This document shows, in pieces, positions 1-14,345 of a stretch of 64,000 bases of DNA. The number at the start of each line of letters is the position of its first letter. The first letter of the stretch is position 1. The stretch is from Octopus vulgaris (lineage: Eukaryota), in contig OX597821.1 in the NCBI GenBank assembly GCA_951406725.2, forward strand, positions 2,480,001 to 2,544,000. The letters are read 5' to 3'. The notes beneath the pieces are model-generated. The model had not been told where the DNA came from, ran no database searches, and saw only the letters and a list, made by a program, of their open reading frames with translations. Both the position numbers and the translations under genes were made by a program.

Positions 1-40
1 TGGATAGGCACACTATGTGTAATAAAGACGACAACGCATG

Positions 41-72
<32 letters not shown>

Positions 73-505
73 TCACACACATACACGCATATGTATATGT
101 ACATATATACGTGTGTGTGTATGAAACATTAAACGTTAATGTTTACACTATGAAATCTTGTGAAAGATTTGATGACTCAGATGTTGTCAAGCATCTTATG
201 TAAATATGTTTAACAACCTGTGTAAACTTGCTGGTATGTACGCACAATGCTTGTCTTTAGAACATTATACGTATGTGTGAGAAAGATTATTTCAGGATTG
301 GAAAGCTGCCTTGCAGTCACATGTGCCAGCAAGTCTGCTTACATTAAGCGAGATATTATAAAATATTTAGCCCTCTTACGTAAGAAAATCGTTTAAGTTC
401 GAATTCACTTTGTCTCGGTGTTTCAGTTGTACTTTCTAATCTTATTTCTTATTTACTTATTGCCCACAGGGGGCTAAACATAGACGGGAGACATAAAGAC
501 AGATT

Positions 506-623
506 TTCGACCCCGAATTGATGAAAGGCAAAGTCGACCTCGGTAGAATTTGAACTCAGAAAGTAGAGATACGAAATGCTTCTAGCTATTTTGCTTCGCG
601 TGCTGACTGTTATAGCAGCTGGC
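506..623 (-). mobile_element. tRNA-derived SINE fragment (family D)
   Basis: CGACCCCGAA..GATGAAAGGCAAAGTCGACCTCGG..GAATTTGAACTC matches the copies at 4387-4584 and, inverted, 34777-34960; box-B-like GTTCAAATTC on the minus strand. Confidence 0.7.
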
Positions 624-880
624 CAAACTTGAAATCGTGTATAATATTAGAGTGACACTGTGCAACAGTGAGACACCACTGAATTACAGATATGTTCATT
701 ACGAATAGATTCCAATCTATTATCATCCACACAATTTCAATTCCATGATTTAGGGATTGATAAAAGGAACTAATAAAAAAACATAAAACACCGTGTAGGA
801 GAGAATTTCTTGATCGTTCAGCCATGCATGTGTGCGTAGTTGTACACAGATAACTGCAAATGCAAAAATTAATTCTTTCT

Positions 881-1607
881 AATTTTGGCACAACGCCAAC
901 AATTCCAAGGGGAGAGGTAAGTATTTGACATACATTGGATTGTCCGGAAAGTTCGTGCCGATTTTTAAAGGAAACAAAAAGGTCAATAAATACTTGCCAT
1001 TACATTTTTAATCAACCAAATATGAACCATTTTGTTGCACAATGCGTCTCCATCTTTCCTTTAACTTGAAAATACCCTCTTCACAGATTTGAGGTGGTTT
1101 CATGGCAAAGAATTCATCAAGGTATCTCTACGTCATCCAAAGAATTGAAATGTTTACCATTAAGACTATTCTGCAGAGACTTTAATAAGTGGAAATCCGA
1201 AGGAGCAATACTTGGTAAATATAGAGTGTGGGGTAACACATCCCAGCCGAGCTGCAGCAATTTTTGTCTGGTTCCCAAAGCATCAAGTGCCGAAAATGAA
1301 CTTTCTTCTCTTCCATTATAAAGGGTTACAGAATTAACATAGGTTATAGGAACATAAACCTTCTTCCACGAAAAGATAGCTTAAACTGTGCTATAAATGG
1401 TGGTGTAGTCAAATGCAATTTTATGGACTCAACCATGTTTTAAAATAATTCGAAATGTAAGCTACTATAAATCGGCACGAACTTTCTGGACAACCCAAAT
1501 GATGAAGAGCGCAATTAACTACGATGTGATTTCCACTCGAAATCCGAACCGATAGAAATTTTGCCAAACAGTCTTGTCCGACATGCTAACGATTCTGCCA
1601 GCTCGCT
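881..1607 (-). mobile_element. decayed family-D SINE interrupted by the mariner deletion derivative
   Basis: TTTTGGCACAACGCCAACAATT..GGGGAGAGG (881-930) and GATGAAGAGCGCAA...TGCTAACGATTCTGCCAGCTCGC (1501-1607) are consecutive parts of family D flanking 935-1498. Confidence 0.55.
935..1498 (-). mobile_element. internally deleted mariner element
   Basis: 30-bp TIRs TTGGATTGTCCGGAAAGTTCGTGCCGATTT / AAATCGGCACGAACTTTCTGGACAACCCAA; minus-strand remnants LGWDVLPHTLYLPSIAPSDFHL and EEGIFKLKERWRRIVQQNGSYLVD* of the mariner transposase C-terminus. Confidence 0.9.
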
Positions 1608-2253
1608 TAATAATATTATTTAAGAATATTAATTATCAAAGACTAATGCCATTGTATTAACGACCTGAATGACGATAATATTCTGAAGGAAAATATGACT
1701 ACGATTGAGAAGTCGGAAGCCGATATGAATGACATTATGAGTAAAAACTTTCATGTGACATTATCACGTCATTGCTCACCTGGTGGCAATAAATAGAAGA
1801 AAATAGCAAGAATTCGTGACATTCAGGTAACGTTCCTCGTAAGAGAGGTTTTAAAACATGGGAAACAACGCATTTGGATATTTTATTCAATCATTGACAT
1901 TTCGACATTCATTTCTGATTATCTATTGATTGTTATGTTTTGTTTTATTTAAAACCATATCGATCTAGCCCACAGACACACAGGCATGTGTATGCGTACA
2001 TAAGCAGTAACGTGTACACGTAGGCACAAAGATTCACACCCACCCCTTCACAAACTCGCACGCATAAACGTATACACCTGCAAGACTATTAAAATAACGA
2101 GAAGGAAATTACCTATAAAGTTATATATATATATAGATATTCAAATGAAAATGGTACTTAAGTTGAGGCAGCAGACATTAATACGGTATTATCCATACAA
2201 TGTCAAAGTAAGGTGATTAAAATCAAAATAAACCACAAGGATATCCAGAGATA

Positions 2254-2342
2254 ATGCAGTACGATCGTTACATGCAACTCCATTTAATAGAACAATACAA
2301 TCATTACATCAATTTAAAATGCAGGGCAATCATCAGTTGCAC
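2254..2342 (-). ncRNA. degenerate hammerhead ribozyme motif (H1, GUAA instead of GAAA)
   Basis: Reverse complement reads gugcaa-CUGAUGA-(58 nt)-GUAA-CGAUCG-UA-cugcau. Confidence 0.5.
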
Positions 2343-2486
2343 AAAGACATAGAATTTAATTACATTAGAACAGATGGAGGCATTTGTATTATTATACCTA
2401 AAAATCTCCAAGAAGTTAAGGAGATTTTTAGGTATAATTATACTAATGTGTTCATATGTGCTAATTTGATTAAATTCTATGTTTTT

Positions 2487-2575
2487 ATGCAGCTGAGGAT
2501 TGCTATGCATTTTAAATTGATGCAATCATTGAATTGTTCAATTAAATGGAGTTGAATGAAACGATCGTACTGCGT
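2487..2575 (+). ncRNA. type I hammerhead ribozyme motif with long stem II (H1)
   Basis: augcag-CUGAGGA-(58-nt hairpin)-GAAA-CGAUCG-UA/cugcgu; 6-bp stem I, palindromic stem III ACGAUCGU, GUA triplet with predicted cut after 2569. Confidence 0.7.
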
Positions 2576-2912
2576 TAACTCTTGATATCCTTGTTGCTTA
2601 TTTTCATTTTATATTTTATCTATATATATATATTATACACGATTGTATTCAGACAATTGTGTGATTTCCCATAAATCCCTGTTACGAAGTCAGTTATAAA
2701 TCCTGCAATGTGAACTGATATAAACGTGTGTTATGTGTATTATACATATTACCCATATATAATGAGGGAGAGACCGAAGTATATATATATGTATGTATAT
2801 ATATCTATATGGATGTATATATATTTATGTATATATATTTCTACATTCATATGTGTACACACGCACGCTCAGAGACAGACAGGCACACACACAAACAGCC
2901 AAACAAACATGC

Positions 2913-3026
<114 letters not shown>

Positions 3027-4386
3027 TAAGAAATTTTGATCATGTGTTTAGAGTTTGTTCAGATGAACAATCTGGCCAATTAAATTGGTACGTTAGTGTA
3101 AGTGTATTAGCAGGCACGTGCATCCTTTAGTAAAATCTCCTGTCGGATGAAGCTGACATAGTGGGTTTGACATGGCACGGCATCTAAATTACTGTTGTAA
3201 TCTGACTGACAGTTTTCTAAACAATTTCGTCTATACATGTCCATAGGTTTGCTCGAATCTATGGTAAATACTACTTTCGCATCTCCGACAATATGAATAG
3301 GAAGCGAAATTCTTAAATATTTTTTCCATATTTCACCTACACACACTCATCCATTCTTTTATCCATCTATCCACCCATCCACACACAAATACATGTATAT
3401 GTGAGTGTATATTCCTGTATGTGTGAATAGGCACATTTCGTACAACTGGTTAATATGTTCGCTAAGCAATCACCAGCACAGTCAAGATGTGAGAGCTTGG
3501 CAAGTTGTGCAAATATGATTTTGAACAGCATTGGTTCAGCCCACAGAATCTGTCTATAATCTCGTCGGGTGGTTTTCACATTTATAACAAAAGTCACGGC
3601 TCCCTCAATCATCCTGTCACGTCGAAATAAAATTTCGTTATGTATTTCCATAACATTGGAATACTCTCATTTTTTAGATTCTAATTTGGGAGCAGAAAAT
3701 TCCGTTGATTCAACTATTTAACCCGCATCATCGAAGGACGGAGATCAACATCACTCACATAGACGTCGACACACACTTACACAAACTCTCTCTCTCTCAC
3801 ATTCTCTCTCTCATACACAGATACACACACACTTAGACATATATGTTAGCTTCTGCTGTCGAGAACGAAGGACTTGCGCTCAGAAGTATAATATTTTCAT
3901 ATTGAACACACCCCTACAAAAATATTATCTCGAGCTCAAAAAGGTTAAGGTGAGCTTATGTCACTCAGTCTTGATAGTTGAATAACCGGAACAGGAAACC
4001 GGTGAAGAATATGCCATGATAAAGAACGAAACGGAGGCTTTATAAATTAGGAAAATATAACGCACACAGATCAATACTGAGGGGTTTTTTTACGTCGTTT
4101 CTTGAAAATTGCTATCAAACTTTTTGCTGAAAGTATGAAATATGCGCAAAAAGCGTTTTAGAGAACGAAATCAGATTACTGAGGATAATGTATGTAAAGG
4201 TAATATAGCGTAACAAACTCTGTGTTATCACCTTCCGAGTAAACATTTGAAACGGTTTAGTCATTCGTGCTAATTATAGGATATAGGCCGCAAGATATTG
4301 GTAAATCCATATAAAATATCTGAAAGAATTCACGCATTTTTCAAATATTGTTGCATATTCTTTGACAGTATAATGAGTTCATGATA

Positions 4387-4584
4387 TTCTTTTCTACTCT
4401 AGGCACAAAGCCCGGAATTTGGGGGGAGGAGGCCAATCCAATAGATCGACCCCACTACGCAACTAGCATTTAATTTATCGACCCCGAAAGGATGAAAAGC
4501 AAAGTCTATCTCGGCGTAATTCGAACGCAGAACGTAAAAACAGAGGACATAGCGCTAAGCTTTTCGCCCGGCGTACTAATTCTG
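4387..4584 (-). mobile_element. tRNA-derived SINE (family D)
   Basis: TCTTTTCTACTCTAGGCACAAAG...ATCGACCCCGAAAGGATGAAAAGCAAAGTC...TTCGAAC; homologous to 34777-34960. Confidence 0.8.
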
Positions 4585-4726
4585 TTGTGTTGCTGGGTTT
4601 GTAGCGAAGCATCACCGTAGGCATACCTGGAAGAAGTGCCATGATAATCGGATATATATCGGATATATATCCGATTGTTCATGGAAACTGGAACCTACTA
4701 GCATCCCTCAGGAGTAATGCACCCAT

Positions 4727-4757
<31 letters not shown>

Positions 4758-4760
<3 letters not shown>

Positions 4761-5610
4761 GGAGTAAGCACATAAATGGGAAACAAGGTGGAAGAAAGAG
4801 TACTAGGAAACCAGACGTATGCTTTATTTAAAAGCACTAGAAATATAACAAAAGTTGTTACTCAGAGTTTCACGTTCCTGTTCGTCGGACAGTTTTGTTA
4901 AAACAGAACAGAAATTGAAATAACGATATGATTAAAACTAGTTAAAGGATACACCTTCAAAAATGCATTTATTCCATTGGTCCTTTCAATTAACGGTCTT
5001 AAGCATGCAATGAACAAAATAAACAAGATAAATGAATTCAACATAAATTCAAACTATCATAAAAATCGAAGAAAACCTTAAATTGAGGAGTGGATTCAAA
5101 ATACATATTGCAAATAATTATATACCAATTATAATTCAATTAATACATTAAAATTAAAATTAAAATTTTCACGCTGCATTACATAAATATTTTACAACAG
5201 TATATACGCATAACTAGACCATCTATAATATACATATATACATCAAAATACACAATTGGATGTACAAAGAATACATACATATACGGACATATAAATGTAA
5301 GACACAAATATACGCACAAATATACATATTCACATATACATATATGTACGCAACCATGCTCGAATGCGAAAATCACTTGATGTGTATATATATAGGACTT
5401 ATAACAAACAAGCTAAGATGAGAAGTAAATTTTAAAACGTAGGGTGGGAGTGGAAGAGGGAAAGGAAGGATCTTAAATGTAACAGTTAGCGAGGGGAAGA
5501 GGAAAACAAGGGGGAGAGAATAGGAACGCATTGTTAAGACGTTATACACGTAAAGAATAGGGAGAGAAAGGATACTTCCCATAAGGAAAGAAAAAACAAG
5601 GAAAGAAAGT
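4758..5610 (-). mobile_element. probable Penelope-like terminal-repeat remnant (family H2)
   Basis: 4758-4895 is homologous to the reverse complement of ~62050-62192; it starts at (TA)n, carries a hammerhead motif, and has a minus-strand pyrimidine tract at ~5440-5610 as in the element at 53111-54305; right boundary uncertain. Confidence 0.5.
4855..4892 (-). ncRNA. minimal hammerhead ribozyme motif (H2, U4C variant)
   Basis: Reverse complement reads cugu-CCGACGA-acaggaacgu-GAAA-CUCUGAG-UA-acaa. Confidence 0.55.
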
Positions 5611-5731
5611 AGTGTTTATGTGTCCCTGTGTATATATGTATATATACATATCACCTACGCTTGCATAGGTGCGTACACACATATAAGAATACAGACAGAC
5701 ACACATAGAAGTTTATGCGTGCGTGTATGTG

Positions 5732-5763
<32 letters not shown>

Positions 5764-7945
5764 AGTGTGTGTATAATCGATTTACTCGAACCCCAGAAGA
5801 CAGTAACATTCGCAAAACCATGTTTCATTTTGAGTACAAAAGATTAATGGAATTAAAGCCAAGCTAGGAGCTGGTTATGCAAATCACGTTTCATACTTTA
5901 TTTAGGATCCGAACAGTAGTAATTATGAGTAATATGCCGAAGTCTATTTGGTACGAAATTCCTTATTAATATCCTGAATAACTTGCTAAACAACTTCGTA
6001 CATGGTTATACGAAATCGTATATAGTTATACGAATGTGACCCTTAATTGACCGAATGAAGGGAATTTATAGCATTTGCTTATATTTATATTTGTCTGTGG
6101 TTCGAATTGCGCAAATTCACTTGGCTAAATCTCGTAGTAATACGCGAGGTTTACTGAAGAGTACAATTTGTTTGCGTATGAAGGAGGAGTTGATATGACG
6201 TCACTCGCATTGATATTTGCTTGCTATTTGCACATCTGTTTCAACGACTCACTAATATCGCTGCATGTAAATACGTCTGAATTGTCTGCTAAGTTAAATG
6301 TTTCAATATTTCTGTCATAGTTTATGCGTTTCTTTTTCGGTAAAATATTATGAAAAGCAGAAAACATTAATGCTGCCTGAAAAGAAACAAAAGTACATAT
6401 AAGAAACATAATAATGATACTTAGATCCAATGTAACGAAAATAAAAAAAAATTGTATGATGGAAGACCTAAATATATAACAATATTATTAGATATCTAGT
6501 GAAATGCGAATGAACGCATACTGCTGTTTCGTTCACATTAAAGGCCATGGGAATATGTGTTTATTCCATCGAAATAAACATGTTAGAAAGAGTTTGATTT
6601 TTATATTCACAGTCTATTAAACACGTTAGTTCGTTTCATTTATATTGCTAACAAACATTTCGTTTTGGACTGAAGTGTATTTCTTGTTCCATCCTATTCC
6701 ACTATGTTTAATTTACATACGTTGCTTCTTTTATCCATTGTGTTTGTTCGAACTATCTGTGTTAACTTTGATGTATTCATATATATCATTGTAGGTAAAT
6801 TAGATATAAATATATATACACATATCTGTTATTCTGGATCCCTGTATGGAAGTATAAATGTACAGGACGCGAGGCAGAAAAATTGGAAGCTAGATGTTTG
6901 TGTTTGTATATATATATATATATATAAGTATATATATATATATATATGCGTGCATGTGTGTCTATGTATGCGTGGGTATGTGTATGTTTGAGAAGCTATA
7001 CAGCTTATAAAGAATTACTGGTAATGATATGCAACTTCCTAATGTTTCTTCTTATTATTGCGCGTGTGTGTGCAAAATTCAAAACTTACAAAACCAGTTC
7101 TTTGAGCTGTCAGTGCATAATTAAGACTCAGCCGTAATGAAATTAACAGAAAGAGTAACGTATAACGATATATTAATAAACATTTGTCCAGAGTAAATCT
7201 TTAACAGCGTGTGTGTGTGGTGTTATGCACAATATGTGGAAGACAATGTAATTACACCTCAATTTTCAGTGTGGATATATTTTCCTAATTGACAAAAGTC
7301 TACTGAGCTCTTGCTGTTTCCTGGCTGAACAGATTTGATAAATCTTATTTAAATTTAAAATTTTAAATGGGCAAGTTGACTGAATGATATTGGATACAAT
7401 TGTATCTATAAGGCATCGGTACATAGATTGAGTATAAATACCACATAGGGTGTGTGGCGGTGCTTCTAATGGACTTTGAACAAAAGCACCTTAGTTCAGA
7501 GACAACCGACATCTATATTAATCCAGTATGAAAAACATGGAAAATTTCACTTGTTTTATATAAAGCATACCAGCATATATATGCTGCTAAGATTAATAGA
7601 ATACGTACATCATCTTAATTTAAATAAGGAACAAAATTTGTGAATGCAGGTGTCTTTTAATAAGTGAGAGATTAATGAAGAGGTCTGGAATAATTTATAT
7701 TTGAATTTCTTTATCAATTCCGTTTCAAATGGTAAAAAAAATCAACCCAAAACATATTCTGCTTGATCGTATAAATTTGTAGATGCCTCCAATAACAGGG
7801 CCAAGTCATGGATTTAACGTTAACAAGTTTTGTATAGAAACAGAAATATACAAACAATTCATTATGTGTACATGGACCGATCTAAAACTCTAAAACTATC
7901 CACGTTACACATTCACTTCTTTCCTCCTGTCTCTACCTCACTACC

Positions 7946-8013
<68 letters not shown>

Positions 8014-8016
<3 letters not shown>

Positions 8017-8216
8017 TTTTATTCGTTTCAGTCATTGTGTAGCACCGCCTTTAGTCGAGCAAATCGACCCCAGGACTTTTCTGTGTAAGCCTAGTACTTA
8101 TTCTATCTGTCGCTTATGCCGAGCCGCTAGGTTACGGGGATGTAACGTAAACCAGCATCGATATCAAGCAATGTTGAGGGGCCCACTCACACAAACATAA
8201 ACACACACACACACAT

Positions 8217-8289
<73 letters not shown>

Positions 8290-8451
8290 ACGGGCTTCTT
8301 TTAGTTTCCGGGTACCAAATCTCCTCATAGACTTTGGTTGGCTCAAGACTATAGTAGAAGACACTTCCCGAAGGTGCCACGCAGTGGGACTGAACCTGGA
8401 ACCATGTGGTCGGTTACAAAGCGACTTACCACACAGCCACTCCTGCGCCTA
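8014..8451 (-). mobile_element. tRNA-derived SINE with internal (CA)n/(TA)n (family A)
   Basis: Minus-strand head GGCGCAGGAGTGGCTGTGTGG...GGTTCAGTCCC (box A/B-like); 12 or more homologous copies in the window. Confidence 0.85.
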
Positions 8452-8477
8452 TATATATATATATAAACACATGCATG

Positions 8478-8518
<41 letters not shown>

Positions 8519-9357
8519 GTATATATATGCATGTATGTATATATGTATATATATATATATATATGATATGTATATATATGTATATATTTATATATATATA
8601 TAATGTATGTATATGTATATACGTATATATGTGATAAATATACCTATGTATACACACATATAATATCTATATATATGTATATATATGCCCATATATATGT
8701 GTATGTATATATATATATGCTCGATTGTGTGTATATGTACATGCATATATGTTGAAATATATTTATAAAGTCATACAAATTGTTTTTCTTACAAGAAATA
8801 GTTAAATATATAATGCTGTATGGACTCATATATAATATATACAACATAGATTCATAGTTTACATATACACATTGAAGCACATACGTACACACAAACACAC
8901 ACACACACTCACACACACACAAATACATTCACACACACACACACACACACTTGCAGACACGCACATCTATATACATACAGTAAGAGATTTACATGTAGGC
9001 AAAAACACACATGATGCATATATAATTTGTGTTGTGTATGTGGGTGTCATTGCCGAAAGAAAGATTAAAATTACCGTTTGGACACCTCAATAATGCTATT
9101 TGCTTCAAGATAAGACACAGTAAGTATAACACGGATATATGGTGCTTAGTATGTTACATCAATGCTCTCTCTACTTAGTAGTCTTATCTTTCTGCAGACC
9201 AACTGCCATACTTGCATTAATCCTTGTAAACCGCCTTCACTCACATATTATATCTTATTACGCCTGCCTGTACATGAGATATTCTCTTGTGAATACCTTT
9301 GTCAATTTGCCACTAGCTATTTCTCTCGTCTTCTTAAGCTCCTTCCATCAATCTCTA

Positions 9358-9397
<40 letters not shown>

Positions 9398-9552
9398 TCT
9401 CTCTCTCTCTTTCTCTCTCTCTCTTTGCTTTGTCGGTCTGTAGTTCTGATGGTCTGCTTGTCTGTATATCTGCGTGTGAGTTTTTTTTATTCCTGCTTTT
9501 TTCTAAATCTCTGCCTGTGTGTGTGTATATATATATATGTATATGTGTGTGT

Positions 9553-9614
<62 letters not shown>

Positions 9615-9780
9615 GAACATGTATAGATACACAATCGGTCTTTCTCTTTCTTTATATATATAAATATAAATTTATATATAAGTATATATATTTATAAATA
9701 TATATATATGTATATATATATATATGTATGTATATATATATATATGTGTATATATATATATATATGTATGTATATGTATG

Positions 9781-9811
<31 letters not shown>

Positions 9812-9858
9812 GTATGTATATGTATGTATATATATGTATGTATTGATATATATATATA

Positions 9859-9903
<45 letters not shown>

Positions 9904-10389
9904 CGTAGATAGTCAGAGAGACAGATCGATAGATAGACAGACAGATAGATAGATCGATTCAGGAATTATGTGCTAGTAGATGTGCATATTACTGCTCATA
10001 TATTAATCTACACTTAGGTATATATAACTATAAACACTGATGGGGACACGTATATGCTTAAAAATTATTTGGTAGTATGAATTAAAGTAATATTCTCAAG
10101 TATTTATTACTGTATACACCTGTATCAGTTCTAGTAGTGTTTATTCGTATAAAGAGTCATGTATATACATACATGCATTCAGATATATACATATATGAAT
10201 AAATAGGGCGAGAGAGAGAGAGAGAGTGAGGGAGAGAGAGAGAGGAAAACAAGAGGTAGCTAAAGAGATAAGTGCGTATTTATAGACAATTTTGGATGCA
10301 TGTGTATGTGTATACTTACATGCTCCCTCTCCGACAAACGCACCTACATTCTTAGCTCCAAATCTATATTCAACTACGTCCGTATATAT

Positions 10390-10422
<33 letters not shown>

Positions 10423-12881
10423 GAGACACACGCATGTATATATGTGTGTCTGGTTTATGAATCGTCTTTTGCATTTATTTTGAATTATTTTCAGGATCTC
10501 ACCAAATATAGCCACAGTCAAATGACTGAAACAAGTAAAAGAATAAAAAAGAGATAAATTCAGAAACAATGTGTAGGTCAATCACCAAATTCCTAGACGC
10601 AAAATTTTAAGCATTTTCTTAAAAATACATATACATTAATACAATTTAATACAGGTCAATAGATCTCTATATATAAAAGTACCACATATATCTATATGGA
10701 TAAAAATAAATATTAAAAGAATGTAAACATGTTCAAGGTTTAAATAAACTAAATCTTATATGGATTTTGCAAAATAACGGTTGGTAACCGTCTTACCTCT
10801 TTGATTATCGCTCGTGTCGCATATTGCGAGTACGACTCAGCCCATATATTTCGAAAGAAAGATTTGATAGCATGCATACATATATGCATATATACATACA
10901 GAGTTACAAACATATATACCCCGATGTTGATGTTGAAATTCGAATGAAGTAACCTTGGGTCTAGGTTACAAACGGACTCTTTATTGGCAAGGAATCTTGC
11001 TATAAAACTGAACAATGACATACATACATACGTATGCAGAACATCATTATGTGAGGACGTATGAAGTGTGAACATACTTATCTAATCACGTGATTTCCAT
11101 GAGATTGCCTTTCACTACTTTTGAAATGATTAATGTGTTGACTGATTGCCTAGATTCTAAGTACATCTTTCTGTGATTCCTGCAAGATGCGCTGACTTCA
11201 CATATATGCGTACCCACTCGTATGCATACATAGAAATAAACATATCAAATGGTTATACTTACATGTGAGTACAAAGGAGTAAATTGTGTCATACTTTTCT
11301 CTAATCCTTTTCGGTGGCTTGATCTTCCTACCCATTTGTTCATCTTGGATGCAATATTGGAACCGTAGCATCGTTTGGAGACACAGAGCTGCACAAGGAC
11401 CCAATTTGTGCTCATTTTCTGCTGAGTAATCTGTAGCAATTATTAAAAGAGGTACATTCTGCAAAATACACAACAGGTCACCAGATCTAAGAATGGAAAC
11501 CTCACAATTATTATCGTGAAGTGAGCGCACATATAGTTAATGAAGTATTCGTAGCTATATGTGTCAATATACATGCTAGATGAACATTCTACCAAACTAT
11601 TTGGTATAAGATATTGATTCAGCCAGGAGCTGACTACTTCAAGAATTTCGGTTCCCAGTCCAAATGGAGATTGTCAACAATTTATCGAAAATACAGTAAT
11701 TTCACGTGATCGCATATTTTACTTATTAATACGACCACAAACACGAAATGTACTGTTGTCTGCATATGAACGTATATTTATACATATAACTAACAATATA
11801 TATATATACATATATGTATTTATATATGTGTATATATATATGTATATACGTATATATATATATATAGATATATACTTATATATATATATAGATATATATA
11901 TATATATTTATAGATAATATATATATATAATAAATATATATATGTATGTATTATATATATGTGTGTGTATACACATATATTTATGAGAGAATATATACCT
12001 GTATATGTGTGAATATACGTATATAAACGCAAATATGTATGTGTTTTCATACACGTAAATACGTGTATATATGCACAGGTATAGGTGTATGATTTTATCT
12101 ATATCCGTGGAATCATATGCTAGCACACACAAACACACACTCACATATATGTATATCAATGTATGTATAGTCTCATGGAAATGAACTCTCCGTATTTGTT
12201 CATATGTGTGTTTGTATATATGTACGCTGTGTGCGTGAATGTTGCGTAGAAGTTAAATATATGCACATCCTGCAAAACATATTTGCAGTCTATGATATTG
12301 ATTTAGCCAGAAGATGAAAACTTGAAGAATCTTACTTGAAATGCAATAGAGCGCGAAATGCAAGTATCTGCCAGAATCTTGATATTCCGCCATGGCTACA
12401 AGCAGCTCATTAGTCTTTTCGGGTGAATGACCTGTCGTGAGGAATGAGTTGAATTTGATATAACCCCTCGTGGTTTTCTGATTTACATTCGCCAAATTGT
12501 GAATCTGCCCTCGAACGGGCCAACCTCTCAACTGGATGAAGCATGATAAGATGGTGTTATAGAGAGGGTGAGAAAGATTTGTGGGAGAAAGAGATATGAA
12601 GAGACAAATAAGTGAAGATAGCAAAGAGAATTTGAAGTATATTGAGAATGGAATAACGACTAATTATAGTGGGAAATCACATTATATACATATTTGGAAT
12701 GTTGCATAGATACACATATACATAGATACATATTAACATAGAAACATCCGCAGATACAAACACAAATATACATACATATATATAAGTCTATATTTGTGCA
12801 TACAGAATATATAATATGCTATACATATGTACTATACATATATGCGTGTATACTATATATCCATGAATACATATTGATTGC

Positions 12882-13530
12882 CTCATCTGTCACTTCGTCG
12901 AATAAGGATATAGCATGACTACTCGGCTCTCAGAGATCGATGTCTTGTAATGTGCAAATGGAGACCAATTTCGGTCTTTCTGAGCCTGTTGCAGATGTTG
13001 CAGTGGTAGCCACTGGTTCTACGCTGGGGCGTTTTTCTTTTCCCTCAGAATGTTAATCCTGGCTTCCTCAAAGTCGGAAATGGATTGGTAGCATAAACGT
13101 CTCCACTGAAGGCATGAGAATGCTACCCATTCTCATGCTTTCAGGTTTACATTGCAGATTTTGAAGCTGGCCCTTAGAAGCGCGCTTATTACACAAAACC
13201 AGACTGCTTTGGTGCTTGGGACAACTGATTAGATAACTATAAACAAGGGCTGTCGGCAAACCGGTGTCTTCCATGCATAACACATAGCAAACACACAATC
13301 TGTTGTTTGCTGATTAGTGCTTATATCTGCCAACCGTTAAAGAAATTGTTATTTGCACCGTGTACATCCAGATTTGGAACGATTACTTGCAGACAAAACC
13401 AGCGGCTGATTTTAGGCTCAGAGTACCAGCAACATCCGGCTGGCGAGACTCATCATGCCGAAACAGCAGTGCTCTCCAATACCGTGTACCAATGAGTCGG
13501 GTACATTAAACGCTCTATCGTCCTGAGAAG
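12882..13530 (-). mobile_element. decayed RTE-clade LINE 3' end
   Basis: Minus-strand remnants VLCMEDTGLPTALVYSYL (cf. GHVxRMEDxRLPKxLLYxEL), WRRLCYQ and C-terminal CNICNR...IGLHLHITRH; many frameshifts. Confidence 0.7.
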
Positions 13531-13884
13531 AAGTTATTCTCTCGCGACGTACACTGCAGAGGATCGTATATAATACGTTTATATAATCCGTGTCGTGTTT
13601 AGAATGAAAATACTGAAAGATAAATGATATTGTCTGTAGCGATTACCTTTTGCTGTGTTCATGTATAATAGTATATTTCGCAGCACATGGAACAGTATAT
13701 ATAGATACGAACTTTACACGTGTTTCTAGGAGAATAAGGCAGCAAACTACGTTACACTCTCTTAGAACTGGTTAGGTCCCCTGCGTACAAAAAAAAAAAA
13801 ACATCGTAAATTTTATAATACACGTTTATGTGTGGGCGTATGTGTGTGTGTTTGTGAGTGTGCGCTATCTCGTCTCTCTTTTCT

Positions 13885-14109
13885 TCTTTTTACTTTTACT
13901 TGTTTCAGTCATTTTACTGTGGCCATGCTGGAGCATCGCTCTCCAGTCGCGCAAATCGACCCTAGGACTTATTCTTTGTAAGCCTAGTACTTATTCTATC
14001 GGTCTCTTTTGCCGAACCGCTATGTTACGGGGACGTAAACACACCAGCATCGGTTGTCAAGCGATGTTGGAGAGACAAATACAGTCACACAAACATATAA
14101 ACACACACG

Positions 14110-14181
<72 letters not shown>

Positions 14182-14345
14182 CGATGGGCTTATTTCAGTT
14201 TCGCTCTACCAAATCCACTCAGAAGTCTTTGGTCGGCCTGAGGCTATAGTAGAAGACACTTGCCCAAGGTGCCACGCAGCAGACTGAACCCAGACCCATG
14301 AAGTTCGTAAACAAGCTACTTACATCACAGCCACTCCTACGGCTA
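13885..14345 (-). mobile_element. family-A SINE
   Basis: Full-length match to the other family-A copies, with internal (CA)n(TA)n. Confidence 0.85.

Larger units (their letters stand above)
2218..2611. repeat. ~390-bp imperfect palindrome carrying two inverted hammerhead motifs (family H1)
   Basis: Arms pair around TATACCTAAAAATCTCC-aagaagttaa-GGAGATTTTTAGGTATA; the same family recurs at 49238-49470; TA-rich tracts lie nearby on both sides. Confidence 0.9.

Noticed and set aside
2304-2555. Two antiparallel ORFs with similar peptides
   Set aside because: A consequence of the DNA palindrome, not a gene pair
3107-3651. Two complex-looking minus-strand ORFs (79 and 94 aa)
   Set aside because: No recognisable motif, and these lengths are expected by chance
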